A DNA stretch of 64,000 nt. It comes from Enterococcus phage nattely. Below are positions 37,217-47,529 of the stretch, piece by piece; position 1 is the stretch's first letter, and every line of letters starts with the position of its first letter. The stretch lies in the sequence record MT119360.1. The stretch is one strand, 5' to 3'. A program made the position numbers and the translations under genes. The notes under the pieces were generated by a model, which was given only the letters and a program-made list of their open reading frames with translations, had not been told where the DNA came from and ran no database searches.

Positions 37217-38192
37217 ATATCCCAAATGCTTCAAAGAGAATTTCTTCACTTCTGTCCATTAGGTAAGATTCAGTAGTTGATACATCCTCATGATGAGCGA
37301 TTAATTTTAATACTTTTAAATCTAATTGGTCTTTGCCTAATTCTTTTAACACATGATGAGTTCCGTTAGAATAATTATCTAATGATGAATGGCGGAAACA
37401 GTGTGGATTAATATCTACAACTTCTCCAGTTTTCAATTCTAAAACTTTTCTGAAATATAGACAAAAATTATATAATGATTCATATGATCTTGCTCTAATA
37501 TTTTCGCCTTTTCCAGCAACCCATAAAGAGTCAATATTATCATTTCCGCGTTGATCAAACCATAATTTTGCTATTTCTCTAGTGCGATCAAAATATAAAA
37601 GTTGGAATTTTTTACCACGTTTACCAATAACTTCATTAGTCATTTTCGATTCTAAGAAATTTTGTTTTTTAACTTGTAGAATTTCATTACGACGAGCAGC
37701 ACTATCATATGATAAAGATAAATATAAAGCCATTTCATATTTTTCTTCTTCTAATAAATGTTCTAAAATAATATCAATTTGCTCATCAGTTAGAAAAACA
37801 ATATCTCTAACTTTTTCACCTTGAATTCCTTTAATTGCACGCATAACATTTTTATCATAATCATATTCATCTTCATCATCTTCAGCAAAAGCTAATAAAT
37901 TTCGAATTGAACTTTGAAAACGATTAATTCTAGCTGCGCTCGTGCCCATTTCTTGCATTGATAAGAAAAATGTTCGAAACATGCGTTTCTTAAGGTCTAA
38001 TATTGATTTATTTCCTGCATTTTGAGCTATCCAACAGAAAAAGCCTTTAATGTCGGCAGTATATTGGTAAATAGTTTTTTCAGCTCGACCTTTACTTTTA
38101 AGTTCTAAAATATAATCTTCTAATAACATTTTGTTTTCCGCATTAACTTCTTCCCATATTTTTTCATCAAATAAATTATTGCGTTTTGCCAT
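37215..38192 (-). CDS. tyrosine recombinase (XerC/D-like integrase-family)
   Basis: C-terminal catalytic region HCFRHSS...LIAHHEDVSTTESYL with the R..H..R/H..Y arrangement; 325 aa. Confidence 0.7.
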   Translation of the reverse strand: MAKRNNLFDEKIWEEVNAENKMLLEDYILELKSKGRAEKTIYQYTADIKGFFCWIAQNAGNKSILDLKKRMFRTFFLSMQEMGTSAARINRFQSSIRNLLAFAEDDEDEYDYDKNVMRAIKGIQGEKVRDIVFLTDEQIDIILEHLLEEEKYEMALYLSLSYDSAARRNEILQVKKQNFLESKMTNEVIGKRGKKFQLLYFDRTREIAKLWFDQRGNDNIDSLWVAGKGENIRARSYESLYNFCLYFRKVLELKTGEVVDINPHCFRHSSLDNYSNGTHHVLKELGKDQLDLKVLKLIAHHEDVSTTESYLMDRSEEILFEAFGI

Positions 38193-38259
38193 ATCAATTT
38201 CTCCATTCTTTATTAAATATATGTAAAAAGGAGAGCGTTAACTCTCCTTAATTTTACAA

Positions 38260-39402
38260 TTAAAATCCCCATCCCCAGGTATTAGCTGGATTATTATCGT
38301 TAGGGCCAATTGCTACATAGCTACGTCCACCACCATAGTTAATATATGTTAACCATACATAACCATTAGCAACAACGTAACCATCATATGTGAACGACAT
38401 TCCTGCATTATAGTAGTCTAATGCTGGGCTGTTTGGATCGACATCACCAGAAACTGGTAATTGGATAGATGTTGTGAAAGTTCCGTAAGCAGGATAAATA
38501 GTTGCAGTATTTTGACTTGGCACTGCTGGTTTATTTGGGTTCCAAATTTCAGCGATGTCGCCATCATTTGCATATCCTAATAATTTACCACTGTTACGAA
38601 TTTCATACAAGTTTTTACGTCCATCTAACTTCTTAGTGATTGTTCCAACTTGTGTCCATAATGTATCTGCATTGATGTGTTGGCCAATTGGTGCATCTGG
38701 GTTTTTGTAGATTGTTGTGAAACGAACGTTGTCTCCGACTTTATATCGAGGTTTATTCGGTTTAGCAGGTTGATCAGGTTTGTTTGGCACATTAGCTGTA
38801 GAATCACTAGAAACTCCATTTGCCAAATCTTGTGCTAATTGTGCTTTACTAATACCCATTTCAGCTAAATATCCATAAGGATCTTGGTGATCGCCCCAAA
38901 TATTGTCAGAAACCCATTTATGTGTTTTAATACCATTTCCAGGTTGGTCCAACGTCAATGGAATACCAAAATAATTAGCGGCATCACGAGCTAAAGAGAT
39001 ATATGCTTTATAGTTCTTTTTAAATAAAGCAGGATCATGGGTGTGTTGTAATTCAATTTGAACTGGAGCATATGGATTGGCATTACCCGCTCCCCAACTT
39101 ACGATTCCCCATTGACCAACACGATAATCAATTCCACCATCACCGATGATGTCTGTTGTATATGCGTTAAACCAATTTCTTTTCATGTAAGTCGCTTCAT
39201 TTCGGCCAGTTGCTGTCTCATTTGCTGTTTCGTGTAAAATGATATAGTTTGGTGAAGCTGCATATCCGGCGCCCTCACCTGGAGCTAAATTAAATTCATT
39301 GTTAATGGTATAATCTGCAGCTTCAGCTTTATCTACTGCTCCAAAACCTAATCCAATCATTAAAGTTCCAGCAATTGCCATAAATAATTTACTTGCTTTC
39401 AT
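38260..39402 (-). CDS. endolysin: N-acetylmuramoyl-L-alanine amidase (Amidase_2/PGRP-like) with cleavable signal peptide and C-terminal SH3b-like wall-binding repeats
   Basis: signal peptide MKASKLFMAIAGTLMIGLGFGAVDKAEA; catalytic region YIILHETANE; C-terminal Trp/Tyr-rich repeats; immediately downstream of holin-like genes. Confidence 0.65.
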   Translation of the reverse strand: MKASKLFMAIAGTLMIGLGFGAVDKAEAADYTINNEFNLAPGEGAGYAASPNYIILHETANETATGRNEATYMKRNWFNAYTTDIIGDGGIDYRVGQWGIVSWGAGNANPYAPVQIELQHTHDPALFKKNYKAYISLARDAANYFGIPLTLDQPGNGIKTHKWVSDNIWGDHQDPYGYLAEMGISKAQLAQDLANGVSSDSTANVPNKPDQPAKPNKPRYKVGDNVRFTTIYKNPDAPIGQHINADTLWTQVGTITKKLDGRKNLYEIRNSGKLLGYANDGDIAEIWNPNKPAVPSQNTATIYPAYGTFTTSIQLPVSGDVDPNSPALDYYNAGMSFTYDGYVVANGYVWLTYINYGGGRSYVAIGPNDNNPANTWGWGF

Positions 39403-39482
39403 TTCATTACCTCTTTCGAATAATATTTATTTATAATAACATTTATCCCAAATGTTCTTGGCCAAACACTTGGGAAAAATGA

Positions 39483-39848
39483 TTATTTATCTTTCTTTTT
39501 ATTACTTTCGTTTAATTGTCCGTCATCTAAAAGATCTTCAATATTATCCCAATCTTTAATTTTACCACTTAAAATTGCTGCCACAATTTTAATTAAATCT
39601 TTACCTCCAGCTGCAATCAAACCAGCTAAAAAACCGTCATAAACACCGATTGCAATGGAGTTACCTGTGATCCATGTTGCGAAAATACCAATTACTACAC
39701 CAGTTGTCACGGCAATAATCGGTAATAATCTATTGTCGATTTTCTCAACATTTTTAAACAAGTATGTCACTAAAAATACTCCAGCACCAATCATTAAAAT
39801 ATAATTATTGTGCAGAGCTGCTGTTGCATTTGCGATCATTTCTAACAT
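39483..39848 (-). CDS. holin (three TM helices, charged C-terminus)
   Basis: 121 aa, three hydrophobic helices, KKKDK tail. Confidence 0.6.
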   Translation of the reverse strand: MLEMIANATAALHNNYILMIGAGVFLVTYLFKNVEKIDNRLLPIIAVTTGVVIGIFATWITGNSIAIGVYDGFLAGLIAAGGKDLIKIVAAILSGKIKDWDNIEDLLDDGQLNESNKKKDK

Positions 39849-39862
39849 ACAAAATTCCTCCT

Positions 39863-40207
39863 TTATAATTTACTTTCTACTAACTTAGTCAATCGTTCAA
39901 TTTCTTCATCTTTCTCATCTAACAACTCATACATCTCTTTTTCTTTTTTTTCTAACTTCTCCAATAAATCTTGAGATTGGTCTAATTGAAGTCGTAACTT
40001 TTCGGCTAATTCTTCTAGGCGAGAGATTTCTTTATCCTTATCCGCGTTTTGGGCTTTCAGTTCGCTAATAATAGCTCTAATTTCAGTTGTGTAAATTCCA
40101 ACTGTATCAGATTTGCTTTTTCTAGCGACACCGAGATAAGTCATATAACCGCCGAATACAGCGGTTATAAGACCAATAAACACCTCATTTGTCCATAGTT
40201 CTTTCAT
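39863..40207 (-). CDS. membrane-anchored coiled-coil protein (lysis-associated)
   Basis: N-terminal TM helix plus a long coiled coil. Confidence 0.4.
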   Translation of the reverse strand: MKELWTNEVFIGLITAVFGGYMTYLGVARKSKSDTVGIYTTEIRAIISELKAQNADKDKEISRLEELAEKLRLQLDQSQDLLEKLEKKEKEMYELLDEKDEEIERLTKLVESKL

Positions 40208-40583
40208 AAAGCCATCTATCTCCTTTGTACCTTATAGCGAAAATAAGGATAAAAAATAGCGTATATAATAATATCCATGTAATATTTTGATAACCATTCA
40301 TGGCTCTTATTGCATACACTGTTCCAAGGGAGAAATACAATGAACCTAAGGCAACGACAGAGAATTGCTGAAGTGAGATACGCTTGGCCAAGAAAGCATA
40401 TCCCATTATTAAAGCAAAACCAACAATCACAGCTCCAGTAACATTGTCATCAATCCATTGAAAACTTTTCGGCCATTTATCTAATCCATATCTAGCTAAA
40501 TAATCATCATTGATGATTTGAAATACACCGATTATAAAGGTTGAAATAGTCAGAGTAAAAGCCATTGACCTTTTCATGATCAT
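40185..40583 (-). CDS. four-TM membrane protein (holin-like)
   Basis: 132 aa, four hydrophobic helices. Confidence 0.45.
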   Translation of the reverse strand: MIMKRSMAFTLTISTFIIGVFQIINDDYLARYGLDKWPKSFQWIDDNVTGAVIVGFALIMGYAFLAKRISLQQFSVVALGSLYFSLGTVYAIRAMNGYQNITWILLYTLFFILIFAIRYKGDRWLYERTMDK

Positions 40584-40629
40584 ACATATCGGCTCCTTTT
40601 TAAATATTTGACCTTACGGTCATTTTATA

Positions 40630-42201
40630 TTAAGGAAGTTCATCATATGAACCATCCGCATTTCGTTTAGTAATATAAACCGTTCCACCGTCAAGAGAGC
40701 CAGCTGAAGGGAACGGGTCTTTTGTGAAAAATGTAGCTTGTAAATAATGGTTTCCATTTTTATTACTTGCCCAACGAACATCATTATTACTTTGTTCCAC
40801 AATTCCGGCATATTGGATAAGAGCTGTATTGTGAAAAGAATATTGAGTAGTATTCACAGGAATATTGTAAATTGTACCAGCCATATCAAAGAATGGTCTA
40901 AACCCAACTGGGAACCAATAAAACTTCGGCATACTATTTTCAAATTTAGTATTGTCTTTTACGTTTACACGCCAGTTAGCGACAATAGTGTTACCTTGTC
41001 TAAATAACTCCACTTTAGACTCAGCATCGTTTATTGCATCTTTTGCTTTTTGTTCCCATTGCGTGGTATCAAGCGATGATCTACGATACCGATAAAGAAT
41101 CGCTTCATCTTCATTTAAAATAATTTTATCATTGTTTGTGATTATTCCAGTAAAGTTTAATGGAGTACTAACATTTATTTTTGATGTTCCCGCTTTTGGA
41201 ATAGCACCAACTTGATCTGCTGTAACGCCATGTGGATTATTTTTATCATTTTTATGTGTTTGCAACTCATTTTTTACTGGTAAAATTTCAGCAGTAACTT
41301 CATCTCTTGTTGGATAATTTGATAAATCGGGTGACTGGATTTTCCATGCAGTCCATTGATTACCATAAAATGAACGAGTATAAATTTGTCCAGAGCTATG
41401 AGTGAAACGTTGAATAATTAATGAAGTTTGATTAAATACCTCTAAAGTACCGGATGAATAATCTGCCATAGGGCGATTTACACCTGTTGCTTTATTCACT
41501 TGATAAAAACCAGACTCTTTAATAGTATTCCAGTCTTCACTTGAGATTTGACCTTTAATCAACATTACTTCATCTTTCATTGCGGCACCATTATTTTCTA
41601 GTGCCGCCATTCTTTTTTCAAAATCACTAATCGTGCTTTGGATTGTATCTAATCTTCCATTTAAAGTATCAACTCTAAGTGCTTCAGCGTCAATCTTTTT
41701 CGCTAATTCATCAATGTGTTGTTTACTTAATTCATCATAATCATTTAATGCTTTTTTGTAAGCATCATTTAATTTATCAATCAATTTATTGTATTCTGTT
41801 ATAATTGTTTCTGCTTCTTTTGCAGTTATGTCTGCAACTTCTAAGACAGAAATTTGGAAATTTGAAGTCGTGCTTCTTTGTCTTGATTCAGTTTCTGTGA
41901 TTGAAAAATAAGCTCTTTCATAATCTCCAGGAACTCCAAAAGCCATATTTGGAAAAATATAATCAAATTTACCATTTTTATCATCACGATTTACAACACC
42001 TTCTGTGTCCATCACGACTGTAGCATTTCCGTTTGTCATTCCTTCAAATGTGATTATATATCCAGTTAAATCAATTGGCTCATCATTTAAGGTGAGATAG
42101 ACGGTAACTTTTTGAACGCTACCGTCACCAACTCTCCCGTAAATGATAGGCGTTAATCTTGGCTGTTTAGATAAATCAAAATTCATTTCTCTATTTGCCA
42201 T
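40630..42201 (-). CDS. receptor-binding / baseplate protein, paralog 2
   Basis: the first ~150 aa are paralogous to the adjacent 642-aa protein (IYGRVGDG...ITFEGMTNGN...YERAYFS); divergent C-terminus. Confidence 0.55.
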   Translation of the reverse strand: MANREMNFDLSKQPRLTPIIYGRVGDGSVQKVTVYLTLNDEPIDLTGYIITFEGMTNGNATVVMDTEGVVNRDDKNGKFDYIFPNMAFGVPGDYERAYFSITETESRQRSTTSNFQISVLEVADITAKEAETIITEYNKLIDKLNDAYKKALNDYDELSKQHIDELAKKIDAEALRVDTLNGRLDTIQSTISDFEKRMAALENNGAAMKDEVMLIKGQISSEDWNTIKESGFYQVNKATGVNRPMADYSSGTLEVFNQTSLIIQRFTHSSGQIYTRSFYGNQWTAWKIQSPDLSNYPTRDEVTAEILPVKNELQTHKNDKNNPHGVTADQVGAIPKAGTSKINVSTPLNFTGIITNNDKIILNEDEAILYRYRRSSLDTTQWEQKAKDAINDAESKVELFRQGNTIVANWRVNVKDNTKFENSMPKFYWFPVGFRPFFDMAGTIYNIPVNTTQYSFHNTALIQYAGIVEQSNNDVRWASNKNGNHYLQATFFTKDPFPSAGSLDGGTVYITKRNADGSYDELP

Positions 42202-42219
42202 TTACCTATCACTCCTAAT

Positions 42220-44148
42220 CTAATTTAAACATTTAACATGTACATCTCGTAAATCAGCTTGTAATAATGTTTTACCCGATTCCAAATCAACAGACATAGC
42301 CATTGATTCACCAGCTTTCATCGAAATAATTTTAGCAAAAGCTGTAAAATTTTTCCATTGTAACGTACCACCGGCTTGTCCATTAGTTGATGCAACGTGC
42401 GTCGCAGCACCTGTTGTCTCACCTTGGTCTGTGTTTACCCTTAAGTGCCAATAAGCATATCTAGATGTGTTACTATCATAAAGACCTTGAGCGCGAATAG
42501 TTCCTTCAATATAAAAGGTTACATCTCGTTTTGCGGTAAAATAAAGTCTAGATAGTTCAAATGGGTTATCGTCCATTGGTATACCATCAACTTGTTCTCT
42601 TGTATATGCTAAGCTTCCCCATCCTAAACGGCTTTTATCTCTAATAGGGTTTACCATATTACCTGTATCGAACCAACCTTCCCAACGAACCTTTTTATTT
42701 TTTAAAGATTCAATTTCATTGTCTCTTAATTTTAGTTCGCTATCCATCATTGCTTTAGAAACTAATTCTGCCCAATCTCTCCACACAGCTGGAGAACCAG
42801 CACGTGTTCTAATGAAACGTTTTCCACCTGATGTATACTCTTGTGTAACCGTCGCATTATCTGCTAAAACAACTAATGTTCCATATAATCCACCAGGTGG
42901 TTTATTTGCTCCACTAGCGTTATAAACAGTATAAACTCCAGTTGAAGTTAATGTGTCCCAATCTTGAACATTTACAACAGTGTCTTTAAACTCTAAAATT
43001 CCATATCTATGTTCAGTAATAATTCGCTCAAATGGAGTTTTTGATCCACCATTAAGAATTACGCGTGAATATCTGTCTCTTTTAGAAACACTTGTTGTAT
43101 ATACAAATTGTTGTCTGTAAGTTCCGGCTCTTGACTCACTGTTTTCAACGATATAATTATAACTTCCAACAATGTCTGCTGGTAAATCACTATTATCCGT
43201 TAATGCGTCCATTTGTGATTTAGTGATATAAAAAGTTTTTCCACTATAATCAGATAGAGCACTTAATGAAGTGACACCACTTGGTAATGGTTGAGCATTA
43301 TAAGTTTGTTCAATCTTATTTTCCAAATCTGTTTTAGCGTTATTTAAATTTGTTTGCACACCATTAATTTTTGTATCTAAAACAGTGTCTTTTTGATCAA
43401 CTTCTGTTTTAGTATAATAATTATTTTTTAAATAATCAAACGTAGGCATTACATCATTAATCGAAATTTGTTGTCCTTCAATGGTGACTGTTGTTTTACC
43501 TTGCATAAAAAATACAACATCTTCCATTTTTAACAGTCCATCATTAATTAGCTCTTGCAATCTTTTTTCTAATTCTGTCACTCGAGCTTCTGCAACTTCA
43601 TAATTTTGATTTAAAATATCGATTTTATTTTGAAGTTCTTGTACTTGTTGAGTTAACCATTGTTTATATTCTTCAACATCATTGGTTAAATCTTCTTGTG
43701 CCTCGATAAAAATCTTGTTCAATTCATCAACTAATTTTTCATATTCTGTAATAACGGTATGTGCTTCTTCAACCGTGATATCAGCATTTTCAAAAACTTG
43801 TATGTTGAAATTGTTCGAACTTTCATGTTTTTCATCTAATGCAAAAGAGAAATATGCTCTTTCATATTTTCCACTATTTGCAAATGCTGGTAGAGGGAAA
43901 GTATATTGGAAGAAACCTCCTTTTGCATTTACAATTTTAACATTTTCAGAATCTGCAATAAATGTTCTGTTACCGCTAGTATTTCCTTCGAATTTGATTG
44001 TCCATCCTGTAATATCGAACGGTTCACCATTATTTGTGACGTAAACGTCGACAGTTTGAACTAAACCGTCGGCGACACGCCCGTAAATAGTTGGCACCAA
44101 ATCAGGAGTCTTTGTAATATCTAATCGCAAAACTTTATTATTTGCCAT
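42220..44148 (-). CDS. receptor-binding / baseplate protein, paralog 1
   Basis: N-terminal anchor TIYGRVADG...IKFEGNTSGN...YERAYFSF; coiled-coil neck; C-terminal beta-rich domain. Confidence 0.55.
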   Translation of the reverse strand: MANNKVLRLDITKTPDLVPTIYGRVADGLVQTVDVYVTNNGEPFDITGWTIKFEGNTSGNRTFIADSENVKIVNAKGGFFQYTFPLPAFANSGKYERAYFSFALDEKHESSNNFNIQVFENADITVEEAHTVITEYEKLVDELNKIFIEAQEDLTNDVEEYKQWLTQQVQELQNKIDILNQNYEVAEARVTELEKRLQELINDGLLKMEDVVFFMQGKTTVTIEGQQISINDVMPTFDYLKNNYYTKTEVDQKDTVLDTKINGVQTNLNNAKTDLENKIEQTYNAQPLPSGVTSLSALSDYSGKTFYITKSQMDALTDNSDLPADIVGSYNYIVENSESRAGTYRQQFVYTTSVSKRDRYSRVILNGGSKTPFERIITEHRYGILEFKDTVVNVQDWDTLTSTGVYTVYNASGANKPPGGLYGTLVVLADNATVTQEYTSGGKRFIRTRAGSPAVWRDWAELVSKAMMDSELKLRDNEIESLKNKKVRWEGWFDTGNMVNPIRDKSRLGWGSLAYTREQVDGIPMDDNPFELSRLYFTAKRDVTFYIEGTIRAQGLYDSNTSRYAYWHLRVNTDQGETTGAATHVASTNGQAGGTLQWKNFTAFAKIISMKAGESMAMSVDLESGKTLLQADLRDVHVKCLN

Positions 44149-44161
44149 TATTATCCTCCTT

Positions 44162-46756
44162 TTAATATGTTATTCCCAACGTATTTGGTATCATATTTTC
44201 ATTATCTATTCTTTTTCGCTCTTCAATTTTCTCATAAGCTGAATTAATTTCAGACATTTCTTGGGTATCAAAGTTAGTTTCGTCATTCATTCTATCTTGT
44301 GCAGCTCCAAAATCTTCATCCAATCTAACGTGTTGAAAATTTAATCTATGAGCTACTAAGTTCCAACGAATTAAAACCCCACTTTTTTCAGCTTGAATGA
44401 TAAAATGATCAACATCCTCATGAATAACGGCACATTTCACCATTTCAGTTGGTGTTAAAAATACCATATATCTCGATGTGACAATTGTTTCCGCAAAAAT
44501 TGGATCAATATCAATTCTAACTTTTCCATCTTCACCAGTTACTGCTTCACCATAATCAGCAAAATATGATTCTGGTGTTTCATATGCATTCAATAAGCGA
44601 TCGCCATAGTTATCCGTACGAACTGTTGCATTTTTTGTACCCGAAACTGTGAAAGTTTTCGCACGCATACTTATATAATTATCGGCAGATAAACTAGCAT
44701 AAGAAGTTCCAGCTGACGCATTTCCAGATGATAAACTTAATTGTGCATTATTTATAAACGATCCATTTTTTTTAACGCCTGTTTGGATTGCAGAATAATA
44801 TTTATTCATTGAAAAAGAATTTATCATGTTTGTCCCAGTTCCATTTGAATCCCATTTTTCACCCATATGTGATATTGTAATCATTGGCGAATTTTTAGAT
44901 GCTGTCATTTCAAATTGTTGATATGCATATTTTGAATAATCTGTGACACTAGGATTTGAACCAGTTGAATGGGCTATAAGTCTAACAGTTCCATAGCCGT
45001 TCGTTCCAGTTGTCGACGCCATTTCCGCGGCTAGCACCGCGATACCTGGTGTGAATCTAAAGTATGATTCTGGCGTATGATACCAGTCATCATCTACACC
45101 AAAATAAATTGAATCTTTCTTTAACGGACGAATTGCAATTGTATTATCATTTGATCCATCTCTTACTTTACCTGGCATAATTTGGAAAAATTCTTGTCCG
45201 GACTTGTTATCTGTCCAAGTTATTTTACCATCTTCAATCACTGAGGTAAAGTTTACTCCTATGGTAGACATTCTACCACCTTCAATTGACGAACCCTTAA
45301 TTGTAACACCCATAATGTCAATTGCTTTCAAAGTACCAGTGTTAATTAAATCGGCAACAATTTGTCCGTCTTTTGTCATACCAACTGTCCATGGACCTCC
45401 ACGACCCGTTGATGAATATGCTAAACCTGCTTCAGACCAACGCCACATTTTTCTTGCTAAATTTAAGTTTTCATTATCAGTGATATAAATTTCTTGTGGA
45501 TCTGACAATGATGGATAAATTACAACTTTACCTTTTCCTGGATTATTTAAAACATCATTAAAATTATCAATGTCTTCTTGCATTCCCATCCAATCATTGT
45601 TTGCACCATTAATATAATCATCTAATTTTTTATCAACTTCATCCACTTTATCAGTGATAACATCGCCTAAATTTGTACGTGCATCTCCTAATTCAACAGA
45701 TTCAAATCTTTCTAAATCTGGACGATAAACTGTTTTAATAATTTGCGCCTCGGTGCTAATTTTTAAATCTTTAAAATAAACGTGAATATAATCACATAAA
45801 TCTACAGAATCAATGTACTTTTTAGTTCCACCCATTGCGTTACTAGATAAGTCGACAAAAGAAGCTTTAATACTAACTTTTGGAACACCAATTTTATTAC
45901 TGATCACATATTGTTGAGCCATTGTTAATAATTCAGCTTTATTTTTAGGATTACGTTGAGAAAAATCAACTGCTTCAATACGCCTTTCACGATAATTGTT
46001 AACATATTCTCCGTCAACAAAATTGCCATCAACAGTTATAATTTTTTCTTCGTCAGATCCTTCTTCTTTTATTTTTGCCCATGGATAAATCGTCGTAAAT
46101 GTATTTTCAATACTTTCTTCTTGGTTAATATCAGTTAAATTTTTACCATATGCAACGACAACTTTAGTGTGTTCACCTGCTTCATTAGGTAAACTAATAA
46201 CATTGTTGTCAAATACATATTCACCACCAAATTTATCTAATATTGAACCAGCAGTTCCACCAAAAGCATCCATAGTTGATGGAAAAACAAATGGATCAGT
46301 TAAATCCATTTCTAATTCAGTATCTCTTAAAACGCTTTTAACTGTAAAGTCCATTTTTGGCTCTGAATTTTCTAATAAGAAACGCATTAAATCATTTACG
46401 TTTCCTTTTTTCTTTGTACCTTTTTTAAGAACAGAACGTAAAAGTTGGTATCTATAATGTTCAGCATAAACTGAAACGATCCCGTCCATCGGTTTTGTCA
46501 CTTTTTGAATTTCAAAACGTTGTGCTAGAGTATTTTGTTTAATACCTGCGTCTGCAACTACCCAATTTCCTTTTTCAATTTTATCGAAAAGTGGTGAAAA
46601 CATTGGGTATCTAAATTCTAATGTATATTCACCGTTACGAGCCCGAGTAACTTTGGGCTCAATAACGTTCGTTAGTGGACCATAGCCTAAGCTATTCCAC
46701 TTAGTTTCGTTTTTATCATGTAATATAAGCGTGCTCATACGGCTAACGTCCTCCAA
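44162..46756 (-). CDS. tail-associated protein Tal (prophage tail endopeptidase family N-terminus)
   Basis: 864 aa; N-terminus typical of siphovirus Tal; directly downstream of Dit. Confidence 0.6.
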   Translation of the reverse strand: MEDVSRMSTLILHDKNETKWNSLGYGPLTNVIEPKVTRARNGEYTLEFRYPMFSPLFDKIEKGNWVVADAGIKQNTLAQRFEIQKVTKPMDGIVSVYAEHYRYQLLRSVLKKGTKKKGNVNDLMRFLLENSEPKMDFTVKSVLRDTELEMDLTDPFVFPSTMDAFGGTAGSILDKFGGEYVFDNNVISLPNEAGEHTKVVVAYGKNLTDINQEESIENTFTTIYPWAKIKEEGSDEEKIITVDGNFVDGEYVNNYRERRIEAVDFSQRNPKNKAELLTMAQQYVISNKIGVPKVSIKASFVDLSSNAMGGTKKYIDSVDLCDYIHVYFKDLKISTEAQIIKTVYRPDLERFESVELGDARTNLGDVITDKVDEVDKKLDDYINGANNDWMGMQEDIDNFNDVLNNPGKGKVVIYPSLSDPQEIYITDNENLNLARKMWRWSEAGLAYSSTGRGGPWTVGMTKDGQIVADLINTGTLKAIDIMGVTIKGSSIEGGRMSTIGVNFTSVIEDGKITWTDNKSGQEFFQIMPGKVRDGSNDNTIAIRPLKKDSIYFGVDDDWYHTPESYFRFTPGIAVLAAEMASTTGTNGYGTVRLIAHSTGSNPSVTDYSKYAYQQFEMTASKNSPMITISHMGEKWDSNGTGTNMINSFSMNKYYSAIQTGVKKNGSFINNAQLSLSSGNASAGTSYASLSADNYISMRAKTFTVSGTKNATVRTDNYGDRLLNAYETPESYFADYGEAVTGEDGKVRIDIDPIFAETIVTSRYMVFLTPTEMVKCAVIHEDVDHFIIQAEKSGVLIRWNLVAHRLNFQHVRLDEDFGAAQDRMNDETNFDTQEMSEINSAYEKIEERKRIDNENMIPNTLGITY

Positions 46757-47529
46757 TTCGGTGTGATTTTTACATTTGTCATTCCATCGTAATTAATTTC
46801 ATTTCTTCCTGGGTCTAACGTAAATGGCGAATATGATTCATTTGTGATTAAAACATCAGATGAAACATTTACCATTGTGTCCTTATTATAAGCAATACCG
46901 TCTTCACTATCTATGATGAAAGTTCCAGTTCCTGCACTTGATACATCAAATGTAAATTGCCTACCATTGATATAAAAATGTGCATCAACTAAAGATCCAG
47001 GTGGAATTGTGAACTCAACAATTGGTAATGAACTAAATTCTTCGGGGTTTGTAATTACTTGGCCACTTCTAATTGGTCTTTCATCCAAACCATTAATCCT
47101 GAAAATAAACGGTTGCATTTTGAATTTAATTGTAAAATCAACCCACAATCCATTAACATTTTCATCCAATGCTTGAGCTCCTCCATAAGGAAAACCTTTA
47201 TAAAAATATTCATCATATGCGCTAAATAGCACTGGAGAATATTCTTGTTCCGAATATAACCAAGCTACAACTTCGCGCATCGATTGAGCAATATGCTTTT
47301 CATTGTCTTTGAATAGACGAACAGGGAAGTTCTTGTCTATATCAGCATATTTTTGCCGATTCATAACAACATCCCTGTTTAAACCGTCTACATCTGTGAC
47401 ATTAAATAAGGGCTCAGGAACAACTAATTCCATATTTTTCAATATGCGCATTCCCATTTCATTGGATTTTCTACCTTTATATTGAAAATATGGAAAATTA
47501 GATAAATCATATTGATTTTTTCCTGCCAT
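46735..47529 (-). CDS. distal tail protein (Dit)
   Basis: 264 aa between TMP and Tal, the conserved siphovirus synteny position. Confidence 0.55.
   Translation of the reverse strand: MAGKNQYDLSNFPYFQYKGRKSNEMGMRILKNMELVVPEPLFNVTDVDGLNRDVVMNRQKYADIDKNFPVRLFKDNEKHIAQSMREVVAWLYSEQEYSPVLFSAYDEYFYKGFPYGGAQALDENVNGLWVDFTIKFKMQPFIFRINGLDERPIRSGQVITNPEEFSSLPIVEFTIPPGSLVDAHFYINGRQFTFDVSSAGTGTFIIDSEDGIAYNKDTMVNVSSDVLITNESYSPFTLDPGRNEINYDGMTNVKITPNWRTLAV

Noticed and set aside
37215-38192. Interpreting the window as an integrated prophage with host flanks
   Set aside because: Both window ends are phage-type genes continuing the same operons, and no att direct repeats are visible. The window is most simply a contiguous, possibly circularly permuted, phage genome.
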